NCBI GenBank assembly: GCA_964650355.1
Contig: CAZYTL010000002.1
Location: 6,964 to 70,963 of the forward strand
Length of the DNA: 64,000 nucleotides
Source of the DNA: an uncultured Gammaproteobacteria bacterium
GTDB taxonomy: Bacteria; Patescibacteriota; Microgenomatia; CAYXHB01; CAZYTL01
Direction: 5' to 3'
Made by a program: the position numbers and the translations under genes. How positions within the stretch are numbered: the stretch's first letter is position 1; the number at the start of each line of letters is the position of its first letter. The notes below the pieces were generated by a model, which worked only from the letters and a program-made list of their open reading frames with translations, did not search any database and was not told the origin of the DNA. Shown in pieces: positions 26,442-36,529 of the stretch.

Positions 26442-28130
26442 CTACTCGATATCTCTGACTGCTCTGATAACTTCTTCTACAGTGGTTAAACCGGAACTGG
26501 CTTTGTCCAGACCGTCTTCGATCATGTTGGTCATTCCTTCTTCACGGGCTTGAGCAAGGATTTGATCTCCAGAAACTTTTTTGGTAATGAGCTCCCGAAT
26601 TTTAGCGCTCACTTCTAAGACTTCAAAGATGCCGATTCTGCCTTTATATCCTGAGTAGTTGCATTCTTCACACCCCGGGCTTTTAAAGATGGTGACTTTT
26701 TTGACTTGAGGACGATATTTGGAGAACAGATTCAGGGCTACCTGATCAGGTTCCGAACGTTTGATGCAAACTGAGCAGAGGCGGCGAACCAGACGCTGGG
26801 CGACTACCATGTTGACGGTAGAAGCAACTAAGAAGCCTTCTGCTCCCATGTCCAAAAGTCTGGGAATAGCGCCAGCTGCGTCATTAGTATGCAGAGTGGA
26901 GAGTACTAAATGCCCGGTGAGTGAAGCGTGGATAGCCATTTCCGCGGTTTCTTGATCCCGGATTTCACCCACCATGATGATGTTAGGGTCATGGCGGAGC
27001 AAAGCTCTAAGTCCTGCGGCAAAAGTAAGTCCTGTATCCGGGTTGACCTGGATTTGATTTACCCGGTGAATGCCATATTCAATGGGGTCTTCTACCGTAC
27101 AGATATTAACTTCGATGGAGTTAAGGATGTTAAGAACGGAGTAGAGAGTAGTGGTTTTTCCTGAACCGGTGGGGCCAGTGACTAAAATCATTCCGTGAGG
27201 TTTTTTAATATTCTGGCGAAGCAGATTTAACTGGATCCCGGTGAGACCGATTTCCTCTAGACTCAAAGGCCGAGTGGATTCGAATAACAGCCTCATGACT
27301 ACGTTTTCTCCGTAAAACGAGGGGATGATGGATACCCGTAGAGCCAAGGCTTGGTCTTCGTAGGCATATTTGAAACGTCCGTCTTGAGGCACCCGATGTT
27401 CATCAATTTTCAGTTGGGAAAGGATTTTGATCCGGGCAACAATGGCTGGTTGTACTTGTTTGGGTAATTTGATGATGTCACGCAACCGGCCATCAATACG
27501 GAAACGAATCGCCAAGGCGTCATGAAGAGTTTCGATGTGGATATCTGAAGCCAGTTCGGCGATGGCATATTCAAGGATGGTGTCCAGGACTTTGATCACC
27601 GGCAAATCAACTGCAGCTTTGGCAATGTCTTCCTCGTCTTTGACTTTGGCTGTTTGTTCGATGTTGGCAGAGAGAATTTCAGCGAATTCTTTTTTGATGC
27701 TCTTTTTATACTGATTAAGAGCCAGAGTCAGATCCGGAGGAGAAATATAGTGAGGAATAATTTTTTTCTTGGTGCGGCGGCGGATTTTTTCCAGGGCTTC
27801 GAAATCGCTAGGATCTTCCATGGCCACCCGAAGTTCCTGATCGGTTTCCTGAAAAGGAATCATCCGGAAACTGCGGGCTAGTTTTTCTGGTACCAGATCC
27901 AAAATTTCTAAAGGAATACTTTTGGACCTGAGGGAAATAAAGGGCACGTTCAAGTGCTCGGCAATCAGCTGGCCCAAGGCCTGTTCAGAAATTAACCCGT
28001 GAAAGATTAAGATATCTGAGACTCGTTTTTCCAGAGCTTCAGAAGCCTGTAAAGCTTTTTGGAAATCTTCTTCGGTAACAAATCCGGAAGCAACAAGAAT
28101 GGTTTTCAGTTCATCGGGCAGGATGGCCAT
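26442..28130 (-). CDS. pilB: Type IV pilus assembly ATPase PilB (GspE family)
   Basis: 562 aa. N-terminal GSPII_E_N-like region, Walker A (GPTGSGKTTTLYSVLN), Asp box, Walker B and His box. Tetracysteine motif CSVC...CEEC. Confidence 0.9.
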   Translation of the reverse strand: MAILPDELKTILVASGFVTEEDFQKALQASEALEKRVSDILIFHGLISEQALGQLIAEHLNVPFISLRSKSIPLEILDLVPEKLARSFRMIPFQETDQELRVAMEDPSDFEALEKIRRRTKKKIIPHYISPPDLTLALNQYKKSIKKEFAEILSANIEQTAKVKDEEDIAKAAVDLPVIKVLDTILEYAIAELASDIHIETLHDALAIRFRIDGRLRDIIKLPKQVQPAIVARIKILSQLKIDEHRVPQDGRFKYAYEDQALALRVSIIPSFYGENVVMRLLFESTRPLSLEEIGLTGIQLNLLRQNIKKPHGMILVTGPTGSGKTTTLYSVLNILNSIEVNICTVEDPIEYGIHRVNQIQVNPDTGLTFAAGLRALLRHDPNIIMVGEIRDQETAEMAIHASLTGHLVLSTLHTNDAAGAIPRLLDMGAEGFLVASTVNMVVAQRLVRRLCSVCIKRSEPDQVALNLFSKYRPQVKKVTIFKSPGCEECNYSGYKGRIGIFEVLEVSAKIRELITKKVSGDQILAQAREEGMTNMIEDGLDKASSGLTTVEEVIRAVRDIE

Positions 28131-28271
28131 GGATTATGAAATATTTATTCTCTAATTAAAGTGGTTTTGGTTAAAAATTCCGACCAGAGTTTCTACGCCT
28201 TTGGCCGGAAGATATATGGCTGTATAATTCAATCTTTAGGGACTTTCTAGCGTATCGATACGGCGCGGTCA

Positions 28272-28721
28272 TCATTTCTTTTGATGATTATTTTTGCTCT
28301 TCGGCTTGGTATCTTTGCTGTCTTCTTCCTGAGGGATCGACGTCTTGCTGGTAGTCTTGGGAAGATATTTTTGCAGAGCCTGGACTACTTGACTGGGAGT
28401 GTATTGGACTTTGGCTAAAAATTCTGTAGCGCCGCGTTTTTTGGCTTCTTCCTGCTCTTCGGCATGGCTAAGATTGGATAGAATGACTACGGGAATTTTA
28501 CTTAGTTGTCTGTCCTCTTTAATGGCGGAAAGAACGTCTAACCCGCTAAGTTTGGGCAACATGATGTCCAGAATGACCAAGTCTGGTTTGGTTTCTTTAA
28601 TTTTGTCCAAAGCTGATTGTCCGTCAGTAGTAGCCAGCACTTCGTGCCCGTCCCGGCTGAAGCGGGTGGAATAAATTTGAATCAAAAAGGGATCATCGTC
28701 AGCGATTACGATTTTGGCCAT
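28272..28721 (-). CDS. Single-domain response regulator (CheY-like receiver)
   Basis: ADDDPF...DLVILDIMLP...the receiver Asp pocket and the conserved Lys region. 149 aa with a short charged tail. Confidence 0.8.
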   Translation of the reverse strand: MAKIVIADDDPFLIQIYSTRFSRDGHEVLATTDGQSALDKIKETKPDLVILDIMLPKLSGLDVLSAIKEDRQLSKIPVVILSNLSHAEEQEEAKKRGATEFLAKVQYTPSQVVQALQKYLPKTTSKTSIPQEEDSKDTKPKSKNNHQKK

Positions 28722-28768
28722 AATTAGAAATTTAGTTTCAGTTAAAGTAGAGATTATGGATAAGGGAT

Positions 28769-29011
28769 TTACTTATCTTTATCTATTATTTGATAGACTT
28801 GCTCTCTAAGTTCTTGGAGTTCTTTGACAAGGTCAACCGAATGCTCATTCATGGTCCGAATCATATCTGTGACCTGTTGAGGTAGTTGATCCGTATAGTC
28901 TTCAAGAATCACCGAGCAGGCTGACCTAATGGTAGTCACTCTACCCAGGATTTGATGGAATGTTTTGTGGTAATCAAAGGAATCGTCCACTAGAGCCATT
29001 GTAACTAACAA
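28769..29011 (-). CDS. Hypothetical 80-aa protein
   Basis: ORF only. It lies upstream of, and is co-oriented with, the receiver gene. Confidence 0.3.
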   Translation of the reverse strand: MLVTMALVDDSFDYHKTFHQILGRVTTIRSACSVILEDYTDQLPQQVTDMIRTMNEHSVDLVKELQELREQVYQIIDKDK

Positions 29012-29126
29012 TGACTATAGATACAAGCTTGTGTTAGAGTTAAAATGAAGCAAAAATTAGGAATAAGGAGTTATGTAATAATCAATGAGACAAAACTTTT
29101 TTTTCTGATTCTTAATTCAAGTTTTT

Positions 29127-30152
29127 ATGCAACTTCTCAGAGAGCATATCTCAGAGCTAACCGGCCAAAAGGTGTTAGTGCGGTGTAATTTTGACGTGCC
29201 GATTAAGGATAGCCAGGTGCAGGACGTTACCCGAATAGAGGATTGCGGAGAGACGTTAAGGAATTTGTTAGATCATGGCTGCAAGTTGATGTTACTGTCT
29301 CATCAGGATCGGCCGGGAGGTAAGCCCGATCCTGATCATAGTTTGCGACCGGTGATTGATGTTTTGGAACCGATGTTGGGAGAAACAGTGGCCTTTAGTA
29401 ATCAACTAGACCCGCAAGGCATTGATCAACTGCCGGCCAGAATTGTGTTGCTGGAGAATTTACGCTTTTGGCCGGGGGAAGAGGCAAATGATGACGACTT
29501 TGTGGAACTATTGTCTGAATTGGGTGAATTTTATGTGAATGAGGCGTTTGCCAATTGCCATCGCCAGCACGCCTCGATTGTGGGTATACCTAAGAAAGTA
29601 CAAGGCTTTGCGGGTTTTCATTTGGAAAGGGAGATTCGGGTGTTAGCAAAAGTGAAAGATCAACCTGACCGACCACTAGTATTGGTGATTGGCGGGGCTA
29701 AGTTGGAGTCAAAAGAACCCTTGGTAACCAAATTTAAGACCATTGCCGATAAAATCCTGGTGGGGGGCAAAATTGCCCTTGATTTAAAGGATAAGCCTGA
29801 CTTGGGCGACAATGTCATGTTGGCAGAAGTTGATCAGAGCGGCAAAGATATCACTGAAGCCTCTGCTCAAAGGTTTGCTCAGGAGATTATGAAAGCTAAG
29901 ACTCTGGTTTGGAATGGCCCGATGGGGATGTTTGAAGATTCTAAACATGCGTTAGGTACCCAAATTGTGGGAGAAGCGATTGAAAAAACTCCGGCGTTTA
30001 CGGTGATCGGTGGAGGTGACACTGAAGCAGCTATGACTCAATTTGATTTGGAGCACGGGATAGACCATATCAGCACCGGAGGTGGGGCGATGCTGGAGTT
30101 TTTGGTGAAGGGCACCTTGCCGGGGATTGAGGTACTGGGGTATGAGAAGTGA
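29127..30152 (+). CDS. pgk: Phosphoglycerate kinase (compact, 341 aa)
   Basis: N-terminus VLVRCNFDVPIKD...LLSHQDRPGG and C-terminus ISTGGGAMLEFL are both PGK-like. It is about 50 aa shorter than typical bacterial PGK. Confidence 0.85.
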   Translation: MQLLREHISELTGQKVLVRCNFDVPIKDSQVQDVTRIEDCGETLRNLLDHGCKLMLLSHQDRPGGKPDPDHSLRPVIDVLEPMLGETVAFSNQLDPQGIDQLPARIVLLENLRFWPGEEANDDDFVELLSELGEFYVNEAFANCHRQHASIVGIPKKVQGFAGFHLEREIRVLAKVKDQPDRPLVLVIGGAKLESKEPLVTKFKTIADKILVGGKIALDLKDKPDLGDNVMLAEVDQSGKDITEASAQRFAQEIMKAKTLVWNGPMGMFEDSKHALGTQIVGEAIEKTPAFTVIGGGDTEAAMTQFDLEHGIDHISTGGGAMLEFLVKGTLPGIEVLGYEK

Positions 30153-30191
30153 CAATTATTACCTGATATCCGAGTTAATCTTCTGGTTTGT

Positions 30192-30578
30192 TTACTGCTT
30201 TTCGTGAAGTTTGTTTAAGATTTGGCCGAAAATTATTCCCAATATAAAAAGTATCACTGCAGAAATGATTATCGGCGGGAGGAAAAATGTGGTGAAGCCG
30301 AAGTCAGTTAAAAGATTGAGGTTGAGTATCTGGAGGTTCAAGTATTGGTTGAGTATTTTAATGATCACTAATCCTGGAGCTAATGAGTTGACTAAAAGCA
30401 CGAAAGCTATTTCACCAAGAACATTTCTTTTTGATGAATAAAAGGAGGTAGTGCTTAATTCGTAGGAAAATAAGAGGAACAAAAATAATTCGAGTAAAGT
30501 ATATCCGACACTAAGATACAAACCTAATTTATACCAAGGATCTTGGGCTTTTGATTTAAGAGAGAAAAAGGACTTCAT
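30192..30578 (-). CDS. Hypothetical membrane protein
   Basis: 128 aa with about 4 TM helices. Confidence 0.35.
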   Translation of the reverse strand: MKSFFSLKSKAQDPWYKLGLYLSVGYTLLELFLFLLFSYELSTTSFYSSKRNVLGEIAFVLLVNSLAPGLVIIKILNQYLNLQILNLNLLTDFGFTTFFLPPIIISAVILFILGIIFGQILNKLHEKQ

Positions 30579-30655
30579 ACCATAGATGAGGATGAGCGTA
30601 AAGGGTTGGGTGGATCAGAATTCTGCATAACCCCTCTAGGGTGGTGCCGACCGAA

Positions 30656-31162
30656 CTAAAGACTGCCGGTTAAGTTGTAAATAGGAAAAATAGTAGACAA
30701 GATTATTAATGGAGTGGCGCTATAAAATGATAAAAAATTAAGAGTTAAGAAGCCTACACTAATAATAAGTAGTGGTTTGGTTAATGGTGAGGGTGACTTT
30801 AGTCGCCGGAATAAATAGATCCCGAATATAGCTTGACATAAGGCATAAATAATTCCCCCATAACCGAGATACAGGCTTGATTGGGGTTGAGTCACGTGGA
30901 GGTTTTCATAAAGGGCTAATAATTTAGGCATGACTATGAGTGTTTGGACTCCTAATAGGCTAAACATCAGAGCGGCTGTAATGATCAATACGATGGGAAA
31001 CCAGGTATGGTAGCGGTGGTCTTTCCACATAAAATACCAAGCTACCGGAGCAAAGAAGATGAGTAAGATGATGATTATCCAAGCGGGAACTGAAGGATTT
31101 TCAGGAGTTAAAGTTTCAGAAGTTGGCGAATTGTTATCCACGATTAGGACTATTATACACAA
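30656..31162 (-). CDS. Hypothetical membrane protein
   Basis: 168 aa with about 4 TM helices. It lies immediately downstream of the ABC exporter. Confidence 0.35.
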   Translation of the reverse strand: MCIIVLIVDNNSPTSETLTPENPSVPAWIIIILLIFFAPVAWYFMWKDHRYHTWFPIVLIITAALMFSLLGVQTLIVMPKLLALYENLHVTQPQSSLYLGYGGIIYALCQAIFGIYLFRRLKSPSPLTKPLLIISVGFLTLNFLSFYSATPLIILSTIFPIYNLTGSL

Positions 31163-31168
31163 TTCACG

Positions 31169-33019
31169 TTACTGGTAACCTTTGGCCTGAAGGGAAAACA
31201 ACCGCGCGTATTTACTATTTTGTTTCATTAGTTCTTCATGACTCCCCTGCTCGATGATGCGGCCCTGATCTACAACCAGGATTTTGTCTGCCCTGCGCAC
31301 GGTAGAAAATCTTTGGGAGACGAAGATGAGGATTTTGCCTTGGGCTTTTTTAAGTAGCTCGTTAAAGATGTTTTCTTCGGCTTCCGGATCCACGCTGCTA
31401 GTGGGCTCGTCCATGATGAGCACGTCGGCATTTTTTCTGAATAGCATTCTGGCGATACCGATTCTCTGCCATTGGCCGATGGAAAGGTCTACCCCTTGGT
31501 CAAACTCGGGAGTGAGAGGATTTTCCCATTTCAAGGGTAAGGATTCGATATAGTTGTCAATGCCGGTTTTGTGGGCTGCCTGTTTAACTTCTGACAGCTT
31601 TTCCAGTCTGGTGATATCTCCGTAACCAATGGATTCTTTGCCTGTGAAGGGATAGGTTTCAAATCTTTGAAACAGAATGCCCAATTTGTTTCGCCACGAT
31701 TGGAGATCAATTTCTGTCAGTTGGTGGTCACCAATCAGAACTTGGCCTTTTTGAGGATCGTAAAATCTGGCGATGAGTTTGACTAAAGTTGATTTGCCGG
31801 CGCCGTTTTCACCGACGATGGCAATCCGGTCACCAGGATTGATTTGTAAATTAATGTTTTTCAGGATCCAGGGTTGTTCATGGCGATATTTAAACCAGAT
31901 ATCCTCAAATTTAATGGCATATTTTTGCTGATTGTTAAGCTTAATGCTGCCATCTTGATCCCTGATGGCAGGCTGAAGATTTAAGAACCATACCAGATCG
32001 GTGACGAACATATAATTTTCGTAGATCTCTAATAAAGCTGACACCAAACCGCTGAGATTGCTTTGAGCTGATCTCAGAGCTCTCAAGTACATCTCAAAGG
32101 AACCCACGGTGATTTTTTCAGTGATCACTAACATGATCATCCAGACTGAAATTGACAGTTCAAAAATTGATAATGGCAAATAGGTAATGACGTGAGATGA
32201 TTCCCGTTGTTTGTCTAGTTGATATTGTTGGTTAAGAACGTCAGCCTTGACGCTGCGCATTCGGTCGATCAGATAATCTGATAAATTAAGAATTTTGAGT
32301 TCCATGTAGTTTTTGTTGTAGGTTAAGTAGCTGTTCAACCAGCCCCACAAGCGGTTGAGCGGAGCCAACTTAGTTTGCAAATGGTATTCTTTTTTAATAA
32401 ATTGCTGATCGATTAAAAATTGGGGTAGGGCAACGATGATGATGCCCAGAGAAATTAAGGGCTGGAGAAGGATAAGTAAGCCGACCGCAGAGAAAAAGCC
32501 GACTAAATAATTAGGCAGGTTGGACACGGGATACATCAGGCCCCAGGCCCGTTGGCCTGATTCCCGTTCAACTTTGGTAAAGCGGTCTTTAAATTCGGGA
32601 TCTTCCAAGGTGGTGAGATCCAGTTGAGCCATTTTTTCTCCCATTAGGCAGTAAATTTCGGCGCTAAAGGTGCGGGAAAGATTAACCCTGAGAAAGCCAT
32701 TTATATTGCTTAATAAACTCCGAAAAAGTTCTATCAGCAATCTCAAGCCGATTAAAATGCCAATACTATAAATGACTGGTTTAAGGTGAGGATTGCCGAT
32801 ATTTTGGACTAAGCGATCAAGAATCAGTTTCTCAAGATAAAACCCAGGCAGGCTGGAAAATCCCCACAAAGCATTGAAAATGATGACCAAGATTACCAAC
32901 CGGAGGTTGATTTTGGCAGCTAGGCGGAAGACTTGTTGAAACACAAACAGCACCTGCTGCAGACGATCAAGAGCTAATTTAGGTCGGGAAGGGGTAGTTG
33001 AAGTTGAAGACTCAGCCAT
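31169..33019 (-). CDS. ABC exporter, fused permease and ATPase (MsbA-like, type I exporter)
   Basis: 616 aa. Six TM helices, Walker A (GENGAGKSTLVKL), signature (LSIGQWQR) and Walker B (ILIMDEPTSSVD). Confidence 0.85.
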   Translation of the reverse strand: MAESSTSTTPSRPKLALDRLQQVLFVFQQVFRLAAKINLRLVILVIIFNALWGFSSLPGFYLEKLILDRLVQNIGNPHLKPVIYSIGILIGLRLLIELFRSLLSNINGFLRVNLSRTFSAEIYCLMGEKMAQLDLTTLEDPEFKDRFTKVERESGQRAWGLMYPVSNLPNYLVGFFSAVGLLILLQPLISLGIIIVALPQFLIDQQFIKKEYHLQTKLAPLNRLWGWLNSYLTYNKNYMELKILNLSDYLIDRMRSVKADVLNQQYQLDKQRESSHVITYLPLSIFELSISVWMIMLVITEKITVGSFEMYLRALRSAQSNLSGLVSALLEIYENYMFVTDLVWFLNLQPAIRDQDGSIKLNNQQKYAIKFEDIWFKYRHEQPWILKNINLQINPGDRIAIVGENGAGKSTLVKLIARFYDPQKGQVLIGDHQLTEIDLQSWRNKLGILFQRFETYPFTGKESIGYGDITRLEKLSEVKQAAHKTGIDNYIESLPLKWENPLTPEFDQGVDLSIGQWQRIGIARMLFRKNADVLIMDEPTSSVDPEAEENIFNELLKKAQGKILIFVSQRFSTVRRADKILVVDQGRIIEQGSHEELMKQNSKYARLFSLQAKGYQ

Positions 33020-33124
33020 GGATACATTGTATTACAAAATACGGTCCTTATGTTGGACTTTTCTTTATCATCAAGACGTAGTTCTAAAACTGAAAAGTAT
33101 TAATTAGCAGCTGGAAAATATATA

Positions 33125-33733
33125 ATGAAATTAATGAATAATGTAAGTAGCAGTTTTTTGCATGAAATTTTATTTCAGTTTGGGTTAGGTCACTTTCTTA
33201 AATATGGCTTTGAACCACAATTGACTTACTATTTATATGACCAAGGATTTTTCCCATTCTTATCTGGTCCCCCCAGCCCTCAGATTAGTTCTGAATTGTT
33301 GGTAAGTTTACAATGGTTGACTGATTATCAGTGGAGAGTATTTACCGGTTCGATATTATTGGGATTGCTGATCCTGGGATATTTGTTGATTAGAAAAATC
33401 AATCCTATTCCTAATGCCCGTCTATGTTTACTGTTCATCGGGCAATTTATTTTGATCATCTTATTTTATTGGCTATTATTTAAAGGTTTAGGTAATATAC
33501 CTGATCGATTTGTTGCTATGCATTGCCCGGATAATAAATGTCCTCCGGGAGCGTTATGTGATTGTCCCCACTATATTCCAATTTCCCCAAACGACCAGAT
33601 TCAAATCCTATACCAATGGTATCTTCTCCCTTTGTATGGATTGTTTTTTCTGTCATTTGTTGCCCAATATTTTATTCTAGTGGCTTGGCCCAAAATAAAG
33701 GGTAAAAGGGAGAATGTTCGCAAGATGGGTTAA
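33125..33733 (+). CDS. Hypothetical membrane protein with a Cys-rich loop
   Basis: 202 aa with TM helices and an HCPDNKCPPGALCDCPH segment. Confidence 0.35.
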   Translation: MKLMNNVSSSFLHEILFQFGLGHFLKYGFEPQLTYYLYDQGFFPFLSGPPSPQISSELLVSLQWLTDYQWRVFTGSILLGLLILGYLLIRKINPIPNARLCLLFIGQFILIILFYWLLFKGLGNIPDRFVAMHCPDNKCPPGALCDCPHYIPISPNDQIQILYQWYLLPLYGLFFLSFVAQYFILVAWPKIKGKRENVRKMG

Positions 33734-33745
33734 AGTAGCGATAGA

Positions 33746-34225
33746 TCACTCCAATAATGTAAATGTCTGCTTTTGGTCAGGATTGGCGAAAGTCTGTTGG
33801 ACTATGTTACGCATTTCGATATGCATTAGATCTTGATCAGGAATTCGATTAACTTCATCCTGAGTAAGCCATTTAGCTTGGATCAAATCGCGTGAATCAG
33901 GATTTAATTTCCCTCCAACGAGTTGGGCTTTAAACATCACAATTATTACATTGCGATCCGGCATCGTTAGGCTTTGGTAAATTCCTAAAAAACTAGCGAG
34001 TTTAATATGATAACCTGTTTCTTCATAAACCTCTCTAATAGCTGCATCTGCGAGGCTTTCATCAGGTTTCATTTCACCTAAGGGAAAATTCCATTTGCCG
34101 CGAAAAGGGTCATCTGCTTCCTGAACAAGTAGTGCTTTTTCATCCTTAATTACCAGAGCACCTGCGTTGAGATAAACTTTCCTGATGATTGGTCGATTGT
34201 AATTAATATGTTTCTGCCTATCCAT
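33746..34225 (-). CDS. NUDIX hydrolase
   Basis: Nudix box GKWNFPLGEMKPDESLADAAIREVYEETGY. Confidence 0.8.
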   Translation of the reverse strand: MDRQKHINYNRPIIRKVYLNAGALVIKDEKALLVQEADDPFRGKWNFPLGEMKPDESLADAAIREVYEETGYHIKLASFLGIYQSLTMPDRNVIIVMFKAQLVGGKLNPDSRDLIQAKWLTQDEVNRIPDQDLMHIEMRNIVQQTFANPDQKQTFTLLE

Positions 34226-34229
34226 ATAA

Positions 34230-35012
34230 CTAAACTACTTTCCATGCGGGATGAGAATCAACAAAGATCACTTCTACTCCTCGCTTCTGAAGGTTTTTCT
34301 TTAAAATTCTGGCCAAATTTTTAGCTCCGGGCAATTCAGTGCGATACCCTCCTACGTCGATTAATGAGAGATCCAGCTCATTGGCATATCTAGCAGATGA
34401 ATCACGAATATCTCCCGATATGTAAACGTCAGCGCCTTTTTGTTTAGCTAATTCAAAATGGCTGAGGACTTCATTACCTGATCCAGCGACTGTGGCGACT
34501 GTTTGAATTGATTTATTCAGATCTCCGACAACAATGGAGTAGGGTGAGCTGAGTTTGTGTTTGGCAATTTCTGCCAATTTTTTAAGAGATGTTTTTTCGA
34601 TGGTGCCGATTCTGCCAAAGGGAATTTTGGCTGTAATTTTAATCCCTAAAGTCGCGGCTAATACGTCGTTAGTTCCTCCGGGAGCGTCGTCCCAATTAGA
34701 ATGGACCCGATAAACAACTACGCCTGTCTGGTTAAGCAGTTGTTTACGCTGTTTATTGGGAGTTAATATTAGTCGTGATTCGGCTACTAAGAATGGTTTG
34801 ACTTTTTGAATCAGGGGTTCGTGGATGACTAACATGTCAATGTGGTCATCTGTGACTTGTTCTAAAACTTCTACTGTTGGTCGCCAAACCACGCCCAGTT
34901 TGTCGATTTCTTTTTCTGGATCTCCCCAAATAAAACCGTGTTCTTCTCCTTCATAAGCGTATTTTAAGGGGGCAATTTGTTTAAGGATGCGATCAATTTC
35001 TTGTGCTCTCAT
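34230..35012 (-). CDS. Nif3/YqfO-family dinuclear metal-centre protein
   Basis: 260 aa. Nif3-like N-terminus (IAPLKYAYEGEEHGFIWG) and conserved His/Glu positions. Confidence 0.6.
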   Translation of the reverse strand: MRAQEIDRILKQIAPLKYAYEGEEHGFIWGDPEKEIDKLGVVWRPTVEVLEQVTDDHIDMLVIHEPLIQKVKPFLVAESRLILTPNKQRKQLLNQTGVVVYRVHSNWDDAPGGTNDVLAATLGIKITAKIPFGRIGTIEKTSLKKLAEIAKHKLSSPYSIVVGDLNKSIQTVATVAGSGNEVLSHFELAKQKGADVYISGDIRDSSARYANELDLSLIDVGGYRTELPGAKNLARILKKNLQKRGVEVIFVDSHPAWKVV

Positions 35013-35031
35013 TAATTCTTAAATGAAGGTG

Positions 35032-35667
35032 TTATTGGACATTACCATATTTTTGCTCGATTTTCCTAAATCTTCTAATCACTTCGTTGAATATTTGCAA
35101 CAGAACTTTGTCCCAGTCAAAAAATTTTTTCCTTTTTTCAATTACATCGACACTATAATTGAAGTGCTTGAATCTTTGGATGGTTACTTTAGGAAGTGTT
35201 AATTCATGTAATGGTGGGGCGATAGCATCGACTGATTTGGCAAATTTGGCATCAAGGGAATTCCTTTGTTCAAATTCTTGAAAATATGAGAGTAGATTTG
35301 CTGGTAGAAGTTGATTTGCAGCTTGGTTTTCTAGCTTTTTGTTCTGCTCTGACTTGGTAAAATGTAGATCACCAGCTTTGGTTTCTCCTATATCATGCAC
35401 AGCTAGCATAATTAGAGACCTACCTAAGTTGATTTGGGAAGAGTGTTGGATATGAGGATATAAATAGGCTGCAATGATGGGAAGATGACCGACGTGTTCG
35501 ATCAATGGTTCTCTAATTGCCTCTGTGTCGTAAGTGTATGTTGTTAAGATTCCAGATTCCACGAGATTTCGGTATCTTTCTGCTGTTGTCATCGTACGAT
35601 AGGTACTCGCGTATTGGTCTTGAAGCTGTAACAGGTCGCTGACTATTTGAGCGGTATTGGTCATCAA
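35032..35667 (-). CDS. HD-domain phosphohydrolase (YfbR-like)
   Basis: Contains H...HD...D motifs (MLAVHDIGETKAGD). Confidence 0.7.
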   Translation of the reverse strand: MMTNTAQIVSDLLQLQDQYASTYRTMTTAERYRNLVESGILTTYTYDTEAIREPLIEHVGHLPIIAAYLYPHIQHSSQINLGRSLIMLAVHDIGETKAGDLHFTKSEQNKKLENQAANQLLPANLLSYFQEFEQRNSLDAKFAKSVDAIAPPLHELTLPKVTIQRFKHFNYSVDVIEKRKKFFDWDKVLLQIFNEVIRRFRKIEQKYGNVQ

Positions 35668-35703
35668 GTAATGATTATACCATTGTACGCATCATAAGAG
35701 GTC

Positions 35704-36393
35704 CTAAATGTTGTCCAGTTGGATATATTCTTCGAAGTAGGGGGTGTATTTTTCTGTGATCACAATTTTTAACGCGGAGATGAAACCCGGGAAGATCTTT
35801 AATTTGTAGATTTGGTCTTCGGTGAGCCAATAGTTCCTGCCTTCGATGGTGTTCACAAGTTTTCCATGAGGTTGTTTAATTAAATAAACTAAAAAGAAAT
35901 TGTCCAGTTTGATTTGTCGTTCGTTCGGACCGCGTCTTTTATGGTAAACACAAAGGATTTGAGGATCGCCGGTTAATCCTGTTTCTTCCTTTAATTCTCT
36001 TTGGGCGCAGGCTTTAGACGACTCCCCGAAGCGGACTTTTCCGTTGATAAAACCGTAATAGCCGTAAAATGGTTCTTTTAATCTCTGTTGGATAAGAATT
36101 TTAGTCTGCCCTCTGATAACTTTTTTGGCTGTCACAGCCACGCTGACTGTTCCTTGCTTTTCGATTACTAACCGATCAATGTCTAATTTGCTGACAAAGG
36201 TTTTGCCTGTCTGGGTGAGATAATATTTATGGTCTTTTTTGGTAATTATGCCTTGTTTAAGTAATTGTCGAAGATGATAGGAAAAGTGATCATTGGGGAT
36301 ATCGACTTGGTTTAAGGCAGAGAAGCTGGAACCATTTCTGAAAAGGAGCTCACGGCAAATGCTGGCTTGAATTTCATGAAGGTCATCGGTCAT
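35704..36393 (-). CDS. Winged-HTH / NUDIX fusion protein
   Basis: The N-terminal ~70 aa are wHTH-like (SFSALNQVDIPNDHFSYHLRQLLKQGIITKK). The C-terminal part has a Nudix box (GKVRFGESSKACAQRELKEETGL). Confidence 0.6.
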   Translation of the reverse strand: MTDDLHEIQASICRELLFRNGSSFSALNQVDIPNDHFSYHLRQLLKQGIITKKDHKYYLTQTGKTFVSKLDIDRLVIEKQGTVSVAVTAKKVIRGQTKILIQQRLKEPFYGYYGFINGKVRFGESSKACAQRELKEETGLTGDPQILCVYHKRRGPNERQIKLDNFFLVYLIKQPHGKLVNTIEGRNYWLTEDQIYKLKIFPGFISALKIVITEKYTPYFEEYIQLDNI

Positions 36394-36529
36394 TGAGTTG
36401 ATAATAAGAGGCTTTTTTCTCGGTGTCTAGTTAAGAACCCTTCATTTGGCTGAGGTCAAAATTTTAATACCATACCTCAAGATAAGCCCGCGATTCTATC
36501 GTGAATGTAAAAGGAGGAAAAATTTTAAC

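Noticed and set aside
29127-30152. I considered that the short (341 aa) PGK is truncated or a pseudogene.
   Set aside because: Both the N-terminal and C-terminal PGK motifs are intact and in frame. The shortening comes from internal loop deletions, consistent with generally compact proteins in this genome.
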